Shown here: in pieces, positions 11,871 through 25,323 of the stretch
Numbering within the stretch: the stretch's first letter is position 1
Layout: every line of letters starts with the position of its first letter
From: Ranitomeya imitator
Taxonomy: Eukaryota
NCBI RefSeq assembly: GCF_032444005.1
Contig: NC_091285.1
Coordinates: 39,618,001-39,682,000, forward strand
Direction: 5' to 3'
Length of the DNA: 64,000 nucleotides
Translations under genes and position numbers: made by a program
Notes under the pieces: model-generated
What the model was told of the DNA's origin: nothing
The model's database searches: none
The model's input: the letters and a program-made list of their open reading frames with translations, nothing else

Positions 11871-12485
11871 TCTGTGTTAGTGAGCACTTCTTTGCCGAGA
11901 TAATCCATCCACCTCACAGATGTGACATATCCAGATGATGATTAGACAGCATGGTTATTGAACAGGTGAGCCACTCTAAAATGTAGTTTTACAGTATTTG
12001 GGGACCCAGAAGGGGGGAAGAAACCCAATCAGTATCTGGTATGACCACCATTTGCCTCATGCAGTGCAACACATCTCCTTCGCATAGAGTTGATCACGTT
12101 GCTGATCGTAGCCTGTGGATGTTGGTCCACTCCTCTTCAATGGCTGTACGAAGATCTTGTATGACCAGCATACTCACCAAACTTGTCACCCATTGATCAT
12201 GTTTGGAATGCTCTGGATCGGTATATACGACAGCATGTTCAAGTTCCTGCCAAGTATCCGGCAACTTCGCACATCCATTGAAGGGAAGTGGACCAACATT
12301 TAACAGGCCACAAACACCAACCTAAGCTATGCGAAAGAGATGTTTTGCACTGCATGAGGCAAATGGTGGTCACACCAGATACTGACTGGTTTTCCGCCCC
12401 TAAAGGACCCACAATCCTGTAAAATCCTGTTGTAGGGTGGCCTTTTATTGTAGCCATCATGCTGTCTAATCATCATCTGGATGTG

Positions 12486-15400
12486 AAGAGCTCACTAACA
12501 CAGATTAGAGGAAGAGCTCACTAACACTGATTAGAAGAAGCGCTCACTAACACAGATTAGGAGAAGAGCTCACTAACAGATTAGAAGAAGAGCTCATTAA
12601 CACACGGATCTGCGCATTCCTACACCGCGACACCACAAAAATACTAGTGCATGCCCTTATCTCCAACCTTGACTACTGCAACCTCCTACTCTCTGGCCTC
12701 CACTCTGGCACTAATTCATCCTATACTCTGCTGCCCGACTAATCTACCTGTCTCCCCCCAGCCTCTCCCCTATGGCAAGCCCTTCACTGGCTTCCTATCA
12801 CCCAAAGACTCTAGTTCAGAACCCTTACAATGACATACACAGCCATCCACAACCTGTCTCCTCCATACATCTGTGACATGGTTTCCCGGTACTTACCTAC
12901 ACGCAACCTCCGATCCTCTCAAGACCTCCTTCTCTATTCCCCTCTCATCTCTTCTTCCCACAACCGCATCCAAGACTTCTCCCGTGTTTTCCCCATACTC
13001 TGGAACTCTACCACAACACATCTGACTCTTGCCTACCATAGAAACCTTTAAAAAGAACCTGAAGACTCACCTCTTCCGACAAGCCTACAACCTGCAGTGA
13101 TCCTCAACCTACTGAACCGCCGCACAACCAGCTCTACCCTCTCCTAGTAAATCTTCACCCATCCCCTGCAAACTGTGAGCCCTCGCGGGCAGGGTCCTTC
13201 CTCTTTATGTACGTGTGTGCCTTGTTTTTTGCTCATGTTTAGTACTATTTGTCTATATTTGCCCCCTTTTCACATGTAAAGCGCCATGGAATAAATGGCG
13301 CTATAAAAATATACAATAATAATAATTAGAAGAGCTCACTAACCCAGATTAGAAGAAGGGCTCACTAACATAGATTAGGAGAAGAGCTCACTAACCCAGA
13401 TTAGAAGAAGAGCTTACTAACACAGATTAGAAGAAGAGCTCACAAACCCAGATTAGAAGAAGAGCTCACTAACACATTAGAAGAAGAGCTCACTAACACA
13501 GATTAGGAGAAGAGCTCACTAACACAGATTAGAAGAAGAGCTCACTAACACAGATTAGAAGAAGAGCTCACTAACACGTTAGGAGAAGAGCTCACTAACA
13601 CAGATTAGGAGAAGAGCTCACTAACACAGATTAGAAGAGCTCAATAACACAGATTAGAAGAAGAGCTCACAAACCCAGATTAGAAGAAGAGCTCACTAAC
13701 ACATTAGGAGAAGAGCTCACTAACACAGATTAGGAGAAGAACTCACTAACAGATTAGAAGAGCTCGCTAACACATTAGGAGAAGAGCTCACTAACACAGA
13801 TTAGGAGAAGAGCTCACTAACACATTAGGAGAAGAGCTCACTAACACAGATTAGGAGAACTCACTAACAGATTAGGAGAAGAGCTCACTAACACAGATTA
13901 GGAGAAGAGCTCACTAACACAGATTAGGAGAAGAGCTCACTAACACATTAGGAGAAGAGCTCACTAACACAGATTAGGAGAAGAGCTCACTAACACAGAT
14001 TAGGAGACGAGCTCACTAACACATTAGGAGAAGAGCTCACTAAAACATTAGAAGAGCTCACAGATTAGAAGAGCTCACTAACACGTTAGGAGAAGAGCTC
14101 ACTAACACAGATTAGGAGAAGATCTCACTAACACAGATTAGAAGAGCTCAATAACACAGATTAGAAGAGCTCACTAACACAGATTAGAAGAAGAGCTCAC
14201 AAACCCAGATTAGAAGAAGAGCTCACTAACACAGATTAGGAGAAGAGCTCACTAACAGATTAGAAGAAGAGCTCGCTAACACATTAGGAGAAGAGCTCAC
14301 TAACACAGATTAGGAGAAGAGCTCACTAACACAGATTAGGAGAAGAGCTCACTAACACATTAGGAGAAGAGCTCACTAACACAGATTAAGAGAAGAGCTC
14401 ACTAACAGATTAGAAGAAGAGCTCGCTAACACATTAGGAGAAGAGCTCACTAACAAAGATTAGGAGAAGAGCTCACTAACACAGATTAGGAGAAGAGCTC
14501 ACTAACACATTAGGAGAAGAGCTCACTAACACAGATTAGGAGAAGAGCTCACTAACACAGATTAGGAGAAGAGCTCACTAAAACATTAGGAGAAGAGCTC
14601 ACTAACACATTAGGAGAAGAGCTCACTAACACAGATTAGGAGAAGAGCTCACTAACACAGATTAGGAGAAGAGCTCACTAACACAGATTAGAAGAAGAGC
14701 TCGCTAACAGATTAGAAGAGCTCACTAACACAGATTAGAAGAGCTCACTAACACAGATTAGAAGAGCTCACTAACACAGATTAGGAGAAGAGCTCACTAA
14801 CACAGATTAGGAGAAGAGCTCACTAACACAGATTAGAAGAAGAGCTCGCTAACAGATTAGAAGAGCTCACTAACACAGATTAGAAGAGCTCACTAACACA
14901 GATTAGAAGAGCTCACTAACACAGATTAGGAGAAGATCTCACTAACACAGATTAGAAGAGCTCAATAACACAGATTAGAAGAGCTCACTAACACAGATTA
15001 GAAGAAGAGCTCACAAACCCAGATTAGAAGAAGAGCTCACTAACACAGATTAGGAGAAGAGCTCACTAACAGATTAGAAGAAGAGCTCGCTAACACATTA
15101 GGAGAAGAGCTCACTAACACAGATTAGGAGAAGAGCTCACTAACACAGATTAGGAGAAGAGCTCACTAACACATTAGGAGAAGAGCTCACTAACACAGAT
15201 TAAGAGAAGAGCTCACTAACAGATTAGAAGAAGAGCTCGCTAACACATTAGGAGAAGAGCTCACTAACACAGATTAGGAGAAGAGCTCACTAACACAGAT
15301 TAGGAGAAGAGCTCACTAACACATTAAGAGAAGAGCTCACTAACACAGATTAGGAGAAGAGCTCACTAACACAGATTAGGAGAAGAGCTCACTAAAACAT

Positions 15401-15560
15401 TAGGAGAAGAGCTCACTAACACATTAGGAGAAGAGCTCACTAACACAGATTAGGAGAAGAGCTCACTAACACAGATTAGGAGAAGAGCTCACTAACACAG
15501 ATTAGAAGAAGAGCTCGCTAACAGATTAGAAGAGCTCACTAACACAGATTAGAAGAGAAT
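12486..15560 (+). repeat. Minisatellite, ~23-26 bp unit AGAAGAGCTCACTAACACAGATTAG(G)
   Basis: Direct tandem array with a SacI site (GAGCTC) in most units, interrupted by L2 at ~12603-13326. Confidence 0.97.
12603..13326 (+). mobile_element. 5'-truncated L2 LINE fragment
   Basis: Eroded RT C-terminus (…LVHAL…LDYCN.LL.GL…), 3' UTR ending TGTAAAGCGCCATGGAATAAATGGCGCTAT plus (AAT)n. Confidence 0.85.
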
Positions 15561-17229
15561 TAGAAAAAAATCTCTGATTTCAGCATATGAAAAATGGGAG
15601 CAAAAAACAAAAGTGTTTCTTTTATATTTTTGTTCAGTATATTTGCAGATAACGTTGAGTTCGGTATTGGAAAAACAAATCTCAGACCACCAAAGAGATT
15701 TTTATTAAAAAATTAATCATCAGAGAACTTTGAACCTGTTTAGATTAGAAAAACATTAACCCCTTTCTGACATCGGACGTACTATCCCATCCATGTGGGG
15801 TGGGCCCCCATGACCATGGACGGGATAGTACGTCCAGCGCGATCGGCGGCGCTCACCGGGGGAGCGCCGCCGATCGCGGCCGGGTGTCAGCTGCCTATCG
15901 CAGCTGACATCCGGCACTATGTGCCAGGAGCGGTCACGGACCGCCCCCAGCACATTAACCCCCGGCACACCGCGATCAAAGATGATCGCGATGTGCCGGC
16001 GGTACAGGGAAGCTTCCCGCAGGGAGGGGGCTCCCTGCGGGCTTCCCTGAGCCCCCCGCAGCAACGCGATGTGATCACGTTGCTGCGAGGGTCTCACCTC
16101 CCTCCCTGCTCCCTCCAGCCCCGGATCCAAGATGGCCGCGGATCCGGGTCCTGCAGGGAGGGAGGTGGCTTCACAGAGCCTGCTCAGAGCAGGCACTGTG
16201 AAGGCTGCAGCGCTGCATGTCAGATCAGTGATCTGACAGAGTGCTGTGCAAACTGTCAGATCACTGATCTGTGATGTCCCCCCCTGGGACAAAGTAAAAA
16301 AGTTAAAAAAAAAATTTTCAAATGTGTAAAAAAAAATAAAAAAAAATATTCCAAAATAATGAAAAAAAAATAAAAATATTATTCCCATAAATACATTTCT
16401 TTATCTAAATAAAAAAAAAAAAACAATAAAAGTACAAATATTTAGTATCGCCGCGTCCGTAACGGCCCGACCTATAAAACTGGCCCACTAGTTAACCCCT
16501 TCAGTAAACACCGTAAGAAGAAAAAAAAAAAACGAGGCAAAAAACAACGCTTTATTATCATACCGCCGAACAAAAAGTGGAATAACACGCGATCAAAAAG
16601 ACAGATATAAATAACCATGGTACCGCTGAAAACGTCATCTTGTCCCGCAAAAAACGAGCCACCATACAGCATCATCAGCAAAAAATAAAAAAGTTATAGT
16701 CCTGAGAATAAAGCGATGCTAAAATAATTATTTTTTCTATAAAATAGTTTTTATCGTATAAAAGCGCCAAAACATAAAAAAATGATATAAATGAGGTGTC
16801 GCTGTAATCGTACTGACCCGAAGAATAAAACTGCTTTATCAATTTTACCAAACGCGGAACGGTATAAACACCTCCCCCAAAAGAAATTCATGAATAGCTG
16901 GTTTTTGGTCATTCTGCCTCACAAAAATTGGAATAAAAAGCGATCAAAAAATGTCACGTGCCCGAAAATGATACCAATAAAAACGTCAACTCGTCCCGCA
17001 AAAAACAAGACCTCACATGAGTCTGTGGACCAAAATATAGAAAAATTATAGCTCTCAAAATGTGTTAACGCAAAAAATATTTTTTGCAATAAAAAGCGTC
17101 TTTCAGTGTGTGACGGCTGCCAATCATAAAAATCCGCTAAAAAACCCGCTATAAAAGTAAATCAAACCCCCCTTCATCACCCCCTTAGTTAGGGAAAAAT
17201 TTAAAAAATGTATTTATTTCCATTTTCCC

Positions 17230-17575
17230 ATTAGGGCTAGGGTTNNNNNNNNNNNNNNNNNNNNNNNNNNNNNNNNNNNNNNNNNNNNNNNNNNNNNNNN
17301 NNNNNNNNNNNNNNNNNNNNNNNNNNNNNNNNNNNNNNNNNNNNNNNNNNNNNNNNNNNNNNNNNNNNNNNNNNNNNNNNNNNNNNNNNNNNNNNNNNNN
17401 NNNNNNNNNNNNNNNNNNNNNNNNNNNNTTGGGGCTAAAGTTACAGTTAGGGTTTAGATTACATTTACGGTTGGGAATAGGGTTGGGATTAGGGTTAGGG
17501 GTGTGTCTGGGTTAGAGGTGTGGTTAGGGTTACTGTTGGGATTAGGGTTAGGGATGTGTTTGGATTAGGGTTTCA
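17230..17575 (+). repeat. Interstitial telomere-like repeat (TTAGGG/CTAGGG variants)
   Basis: TTAGGGCTAGGGTT before the gap and degenerate GGGTTAGGG units after it. Confidence 0.85.
17245..17428. other. Assembly gap (184 N) inside the telomere-like tract of copy A
   Basis: Run of N flanked by TTAGGG-like sequence. Confidence 0.99.
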
Positions 17576-17589
17576 ATTATAATTGTGGG

Positions 17590-20320
17590 GTTTCCACTGT
17601 TTAGGCACATCAGGGGCTCTCCAAACGCGACATGGCGTCCGATCTCAATTCCAGCCAATTCTGCGTTGAAAAAGTAAAACAGTGCTTCTTCCCTTCCGAG
17701 CTCTCCCGTGTGCCCAAACAGGGGTTTACCCCAACATATGGGGTATCAGCGTACTCAGGACAAATAGGACAACAACTTTTGGGGTCCAATTTCTCCTGTT
17801 ACCCTTGGGAAAATACAAAACTCGGGGCTAAAACATATTTTTTGTGGGAAAAAAAAGGATTTTTTATTTTCACGGCTCTGCGTTATAAACTGTAGTGAAA
17901 CACTTGGGGGTTCAAAGTTCTCACAACACATCTAGATTAGTTCCCTGGGGGGTCTAGTTTCCAATATGGGGTCACTTGTGGGGGGTTTCTACTGTTTAGG
18001 TACATTAGGGGTTCTGCAAACGCAATGTGACGTCTGCAGACCATTCCATCTAAGTCTGCATTCCAAATGGCGCTCCTTCCCTTCCGAGCTCTGCCATGCG
18101 CTCAAACGGTGGTTTCCCCCAACATACGGGGTATCAGCGTACTCAGGACAAATTGGACAACAACTTTTGGGGTCGAATTTCTCCTCTTACCCTCGGGAAA
18201 ATACAAAACTGGGGGCTAAAAAATAATTTTGGGGGGAAAGATTTTTTTTTTTTAATTTTCACGGCTCTGCGTTACAAACTGTAGTGAAACACTTGGGGGT
18301 TCAAAGCTATCACAACACATCTAGATGAGTTCCTTAGGGGGTCTAGTTTCCAAAATGGTGTCACTTATGGGAGGTTTCTACTGTTTAGGTACATTAGGGG
18401 CTCTGCAAATGCAATGTGACACCTGCAGACCATTCCATCTAAGTCCTCATTCCAAATGGAGCTCCTTCCTTTCCGAGCCCTGCCATGCGCCCAAACAGTG
18501 GTTCCCCCCCACATATGGGGTATCAGCGCACTCAGGACAAATTGGACAACAAATTGTGGGGTAGAATTTCTCCTGTTACCCTCGGGAAAATACAAAACTG
18601 GGGGCTAAAAAAATAATTTTTGTGGGAAAAAAATTTTGTTTTATTTTTACGGCTCTGCATTATAAACTTCTGTGAAGCACTTGGTGGGTCAAAGTGCTCA
18701 CCACACCTCTAGATAAGTTCCTAAGGGGGTCTACTTTCCAAAATGGTGTCACTTGTGGGGGGTTTCTACTGTTTAGGTACATTAGGGGCTCTGAAAACGC
18801 AATGTGACACCTGCAGACCATTCCATCTAAGTCTGCATTCAAATGGCACTCCTTCCCTTCTGAGCCCTCCCATGTGCCCAAACAGTGGTTCCCCCCACAT
18901 ATGGTGTATCATCGCACTCAGGACAAATTGGGCAACAAATTTTGGGGTCCAATTTCTCCTGTTACCCTCAGGAAAATACAAAACTGGGGGCTAAAAAAAT
19001 AATTTTTGTGGGAAAAAAATTTTGTTTTATTTTTACGGCTCTGCATTATAAACTTCTGTGAAGCACTTGGTGGGTCAAAGTGCTCACCACACCTCTAGAT
19101 AAGTTCCTTAGGGGGTCTACTTTCCAAAATGGTGTCATTTGTGGGGGGTTTCAATGTTTAGGCACATCAGTGGCTCTTCAAACGCAACATGGCGTCCCAT
19201 CTCAATTCCTGTCAATTTTGCATTGAAAAGTCAAACGGCGCTCCTTCCCTTGCGAGCTCTCCCATCCGCCCAAACAGTGGTTTACCCCCACATATGGGGT
19301 ATCAGCGTACTCAGGACAAATTGTACAACAACTTTTTGGGTCCAATTTCTTCTCTTACCCTTGGGAAAATAAAAAATTGGGGGCAAAAAGATAATTTTTG
19401 TGAAAAAATATGATTTTTTATTTTTACGGTTCTACATTATAAACTTCTGTGAAGCACTTGGTGGGTCAAAGTGCTCACCACACCTCTAGATAAGTTCCTT
19501 ATGGGGTCTACTTTCCAAAATGGTGTCACTTGTGGGGGGTTTCAATGTTTAGGCACATCAGTGGCTCTTCAAACGCAACATGACGTCCCATCTCAATTCC
19601 TGTCAATTTTGCATTGAAAAGTCAAACGGCGCTCCTTCCCTTCCGAGCTCTCCCATCCACCCAAACAGTGGTTTACCCCCACATATGGGCTATCAGCGTA
19701 CTCAGGACAAATTGTACAACAACTTTTGGGGTCCAATTTCTTCTCTTACCCTTGGGAAAATAAAAAATTGGGGGCGAAAAGATAATTTTTGTGAAAAAAT
19801 ATGATTTTTTATTTTTACGGTTCTACATTATAAACTTCTGTGAAGCACTTGGTGGGTCAAAGTGCTCACCACACCTCTAGATAAGTTCCTTAGGGGGTCT
19901 ACTTTCCAAAATGGTGTCACTTGTGGGGGGTTTCAATGTTTAGCCACATCAGGGGCTCTCCAAACGAAACATGGCGTCCCATCTCAATTCCAGTCAATTT
20001 TGCATTGAAAAGTCAAATGGCACTCCTTCGCTTCCGAGCTCTGCCATGCGCCCAAACAGTGGTTTACCCCCACATGTGGGGTATTGGCATACTCAGGACA
20101 AAATGTACAACAATGTTTGGGGTCCATTTTCTCCTGTTACCCTTGGTAAAATAAAACAAATTGGAGCTGAATTAAATTTTTTGTGAAAAAAAGTTAAATG
20201 TTCATTTTTATTTAAACATTCAAAAAATTCCTGTGAAGCACCAGAAGGGTTAATAAACTTCTTGAATATGGTTTTGAGCACCTTGAGGGGTGTAGTTTTT
20301 AGAATGGTGTCACACTTGGG
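17590..20320 (+). repeat. ~390-bp tandem array, 7 units
   Basis: Unit starts near 17591, 17986, 18375, 18763, 19149, 19540 and 19931. Confidence 0.92.
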
Positions 20321-23300
20321 TATTTTCTATCATATAGACCCCTCAAAATGACTTCAAATGAGATGTGGTCCCTAAAATAAAATGGTGTTGTAGAAATGAG
20401 AAATTGCTGGTCAACTTTTAACCCTTATAACTCCCTAACAAAAAAAAATTTTGGTTCCAAAATTGTGCTGATGTAAAGTAGACATGTGGGAAATGTTACT
20501 TATTAAGTATTTTGTGTGACATATCTCTGTGATTTAATTGCATAAAAATTCAAAGTTGGAAAATTGCGAAATTTTCATAATTTTTGCCAAATTTCCGTTT
20601 TTTTCACAAATAAACGCAGGTACTATCAAAGAATTTTTACCATTGTCATGAAGTACAATATGTCACGAGAAAACAATGTCAGAATCACCAGGATCCATTG
20701 AAGCGTTCCAGAGTTATAACCTCATAAAGGGACAGTGGTCAGAATTGTAAAAATTGGCCCGGTCATTAACGTGCAAACCACCCTTGGGGGTAAAGGGGTT
20801 AAATAAAAGGAGTGTGGCGGAGAGCATTGGTTATTCCTTTTAGGCTGATGCTACACATTCGACATCTGCTGAGTTCTGTGTTCACCTCGTTCTCCTAAAA
20901 CAAAAAACATTTATTCCGAGATCAGCTGAGTCCACACAACATATCCGGAATTTCTCAGCAAATGTCTCCAGAGTGAATAAAGCTTCCCTTAAAAATGCAA
21001 GGATCGCCTATTGTTGTTTTAGGCAGTTTCAGGCGTCCTTAATTGGCCCAGAACATGAAATATGTAAGCAGATGCTCAATGCTCTTCGAATTGTAGGATC
21101 CTCTTCCCCAGCTTCCTTCCATTACACATAACTCTTTAAAGAATTATAGAAGGGTTTTTTGCTTTCTTTCATTTTTGTTAAAGGTTGTCTGGCATAGATG
21201 TGTATTTCATCACACATTTCGAATGACAAACGCACCTTTCTCAAGTCCAGCTCTGCCTCTCTGCCTCTGCCCCAGTCTTTGTTTACAGGCTGCAGCTCGG
21301 AAGCACCACAGCTTGTGCCATCTACATTGGATATCACAGGATAGGTGACAAATATCTGACTGCTGGGGGCCCATTTCACACAAGACCTACGTTGTAGTGG
21401 ATCGGATTTGGCATTAGAGGCACCCCAATATTCATTCTCTAACCTATGTCCAAGAATCTGGATTTCAGGATCCCACTTGCGAACAACCTCAGAGTTGTCA
21501 TCATTAACAGCCGATGATGGTTTCCAATATATAAGCCATGAAGTATAGTCCAACAAGCCAAGGTCAAGGCAAGCAGAATTGGCTCAATACAGTTGTAGCA
21601 ATGCTACTCACTTGAGAGCGATATAAGGTATCACAGGAACCTTTTCTATATAAAATTCGGGCTGGTTTATCTCAGTCCTCATAAACCACATCAGTGGAAA
21701 CTCAAATATAGCCCTAGTCCGGCATAATGTAAAACATAAAGCAAAAAACTCCATACAATACTGCTGGTTAGCCCACCCGGCTTAGAATCCAGCTACTTAG
21801 TCCTTTAGCAAAGGCACTCAATCCAGGAGATCTGCACACCTCCATGCACACAGGCATGTGGGAGACTAACAGCCTAATTTTACAAAGTGAACCATACCCA
21901 GGGATGGAGATATGGTGAACAGCCGTCTCTTCCAACTCTTCAGCTGCTCACAATCAACCAGTCATGGCCGATTACCCCTTACAAAAGCATTCCTCCAGGT
22001 TTGTCTCCCATCCACTATGTGTCTGACAGCCATCTTACACAGTATATTGGCAGGAGGTCAGGGTCAGAATACAACTATGAAGGACAGCTTTGGATAGATA
22101 GGAACCTCTGCACTGTTTTACTCAATAGATTAATGGGGAAGGATCTTTTAAGTAACTGGGAAAGTATTGGTTGGAGAAGGTGGATCTGTGGGCACTGGCC
22201 CTGTCAGAGAAGTCAGTGCATGCGCGCACCTTAGTGGCAGTGTCATTGCTTCCAGCAAAAATACAATGTCAGCAGCCACAAACTATACTGGGGGTGCAGA
22301 GGGAAAGTGTGGAATTCGTAGACTGTCAGGACACCAAAGGCGGTGGTAAGGAGACGTGACACCGTTCGTCAGTAAATAGTGTCCTGAGTCCTCTGGAGTT
22401 TGAATTAAGTGGATGTACCCTATTGCTCCATTAGGGTATGTCCACATGACGTTTTTTCAGGTGCGTTTGGAGCAGGTCCAGTTCGAAACCCATATGAGAA
22501 AACACAAAAATGTTTAAAAGAAAGTGTAGAAATATGTGTATTTATATGCTGTTCAAATATTCAGGCTTTTGAGCATCTTTTAACGGCTTCAGGTTTCCAT
22601 AAAAGTGATCCGACCATTCTTCTGGCATTTACCGCTCTGAAGACACTCAATGAGAAAGCTCAAAAGATGCCCAAAACACACCCGGGTATCTTTTTTGAGT
22701 GTTTTGTCCAAGTTTTTGCTTCAAAAATCGCTAGTGGAGTCTTCATAGTAGAATGGGGTTAAAAAGTACACCCCTTCTTTCAGTGTTATAAGGACCTGTC
22801 ACTGTCATGCTGCTTACAATTAGGACGGTATGAATTTGCCAACGAGTTCCCATTCAATTCCTGGAAGTCTACTAATAAGGTCTCGGAAGGCCACTTCTTT
22901 CATATGTGATGTGCTTTATATAATGCTTTGTGATGACAATATTGATTTTAGTGGCATTAATAGAAAATTGGACAATATGGCCCAGAGAAAATTATACTGT
23001 GGAGGAAAACTAAATGACCTGATTCGGACGAGGCTGTGTGTAATATATACAGGGCAACACTATATGGAGAGAAGTATTGGGACACATATCTTAATGTTTT
23101 CACCTTTTTCACTCAGTCCCATTGCCCGGTTGTATGATATGCAGCCCCTCGTCACCATTGTATACCCCATTGCCCCCTGTTCTATAACATCCGACCCCTC
23201 ACCTACATTGTATAACATTCGGCCCTTCCCCCCCAGTGTCCCCCAGCCCAGGTGCATAACCTCAGGTCCCTCACCAAGCCATCTGCCTTTACTAACAGGT

Positions 23301-23425
23301 ATAACATTGGACCACATTGCCCATAGTGTATAACATCTGACCCCTCGCCCCCCAGTGTATAACATCCAGCTTCCCCCCCCCCCCCCCCGGTGTATAATAT
23401 CCGGCCTCTCGTTGGATGTTATGGC

Positions 23426-23483
23426 GACGTTTCGGATACAATCCTTTCTCAAGCGCTTTAGAAAGGATTGTATCTGAAACGTC
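23426..23483. repeat. 58-bp loopless palindrome of a Penelope-like terminal motif
   Basis: GACGTTTCGGATACAATCCTTTCTCAAGC|GCTTTAGAAAGGATTGTATCTGAAACGTC, with 27 of 29 positions paired. Confidence 0.7.
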
Positions 23484-23543
23484 AACACTTTTGGGCAATA
23501 ACATCACTTTTTTCTGGAACTCTGCTGTGCTGTTTCCCCCTTT

Positions 23544-23580
<37 letters not shown>

Positions 23581-23586
<6 letters not shown>

Positions 23587-23725
23587 ATTATAGCGCCATT
23601 TATTCCATGGCGCTTTACATATGAGGAGGGGTATATATAATAAAAACAGGTACAATAATCTTATACAAGTCCCGACTGGTACATGAGGAGAGAGGACCCT
23701 GCCCGCGAATGCTCACAATCTACAA
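23581..23725 (-). mobile_element. L2 3' tail fragment next to (TA)n
   Basis: Reverse complement of the L2 tail at 13170-13320 (ATAGCGCCATTTATTCCATGGCGCTTTACA). Confidence 0.75.
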
Positions 23726-23730
23726 ATATA

Positions 23731-25315
<1,585 letters not shown>

Positions 25316-25323
25316 TATATATA

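Larger units (their letters stand above)
11190..15639. mobile_element. Fold-back Tc1 derivative (two right ends, inverted), interrupted by a solo LTR, a minisatellite and an L2 fragment
   Basis: Inverted arms at 11928-12150 and 12262-12485, each including an eroded transposase C-terminus (…ALHEANGGHTRY*). TIR pieces CATTTTCATGAGCTGAAC on the left and ATTTCAGC…ATGAAAAATGGGAGC…TTTTTGTTCAGTA|TA on the right. Left boundary approximate. Confidence 0.7.
15760..20798 (+). mobile_element. Large non-autonomous TTAA/piggyBac-type element, copy A
   Basis: TTAA|CCCCTTT ... AAAGGGG|TTAA (TSD 15756-15759 and 20799-20802). No transposase. Contains a hairpin-rich GC end, a telomere-like tract and a 390-bp array. 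Near-identical inverted copy at 46088-50908. Confidence 0.88.

Noticed and set aside
12486-15560. CRISPR-like appearance of the short-unit arrays (also 41066-43906 and 53567-55134)
   Set aside because: There are no unique spacers, the units are head-to-tail minisatellites, and the genome is eukaryotic with no cas genes.
17632-20281. Recurrent 60-90 aa ORFs in the 390-bp arrays (also 46605-48862)
   Set aside because: They recur only because the DNA repeats. Frames are inconsistent between units and no known domain is present.
21122-22349. 144-aa and 115-aa ORFs in apparently unique DNA
   Set aside because: No recognisable domain or convincing splice context, so likely chance ORFs or eroded repeat.
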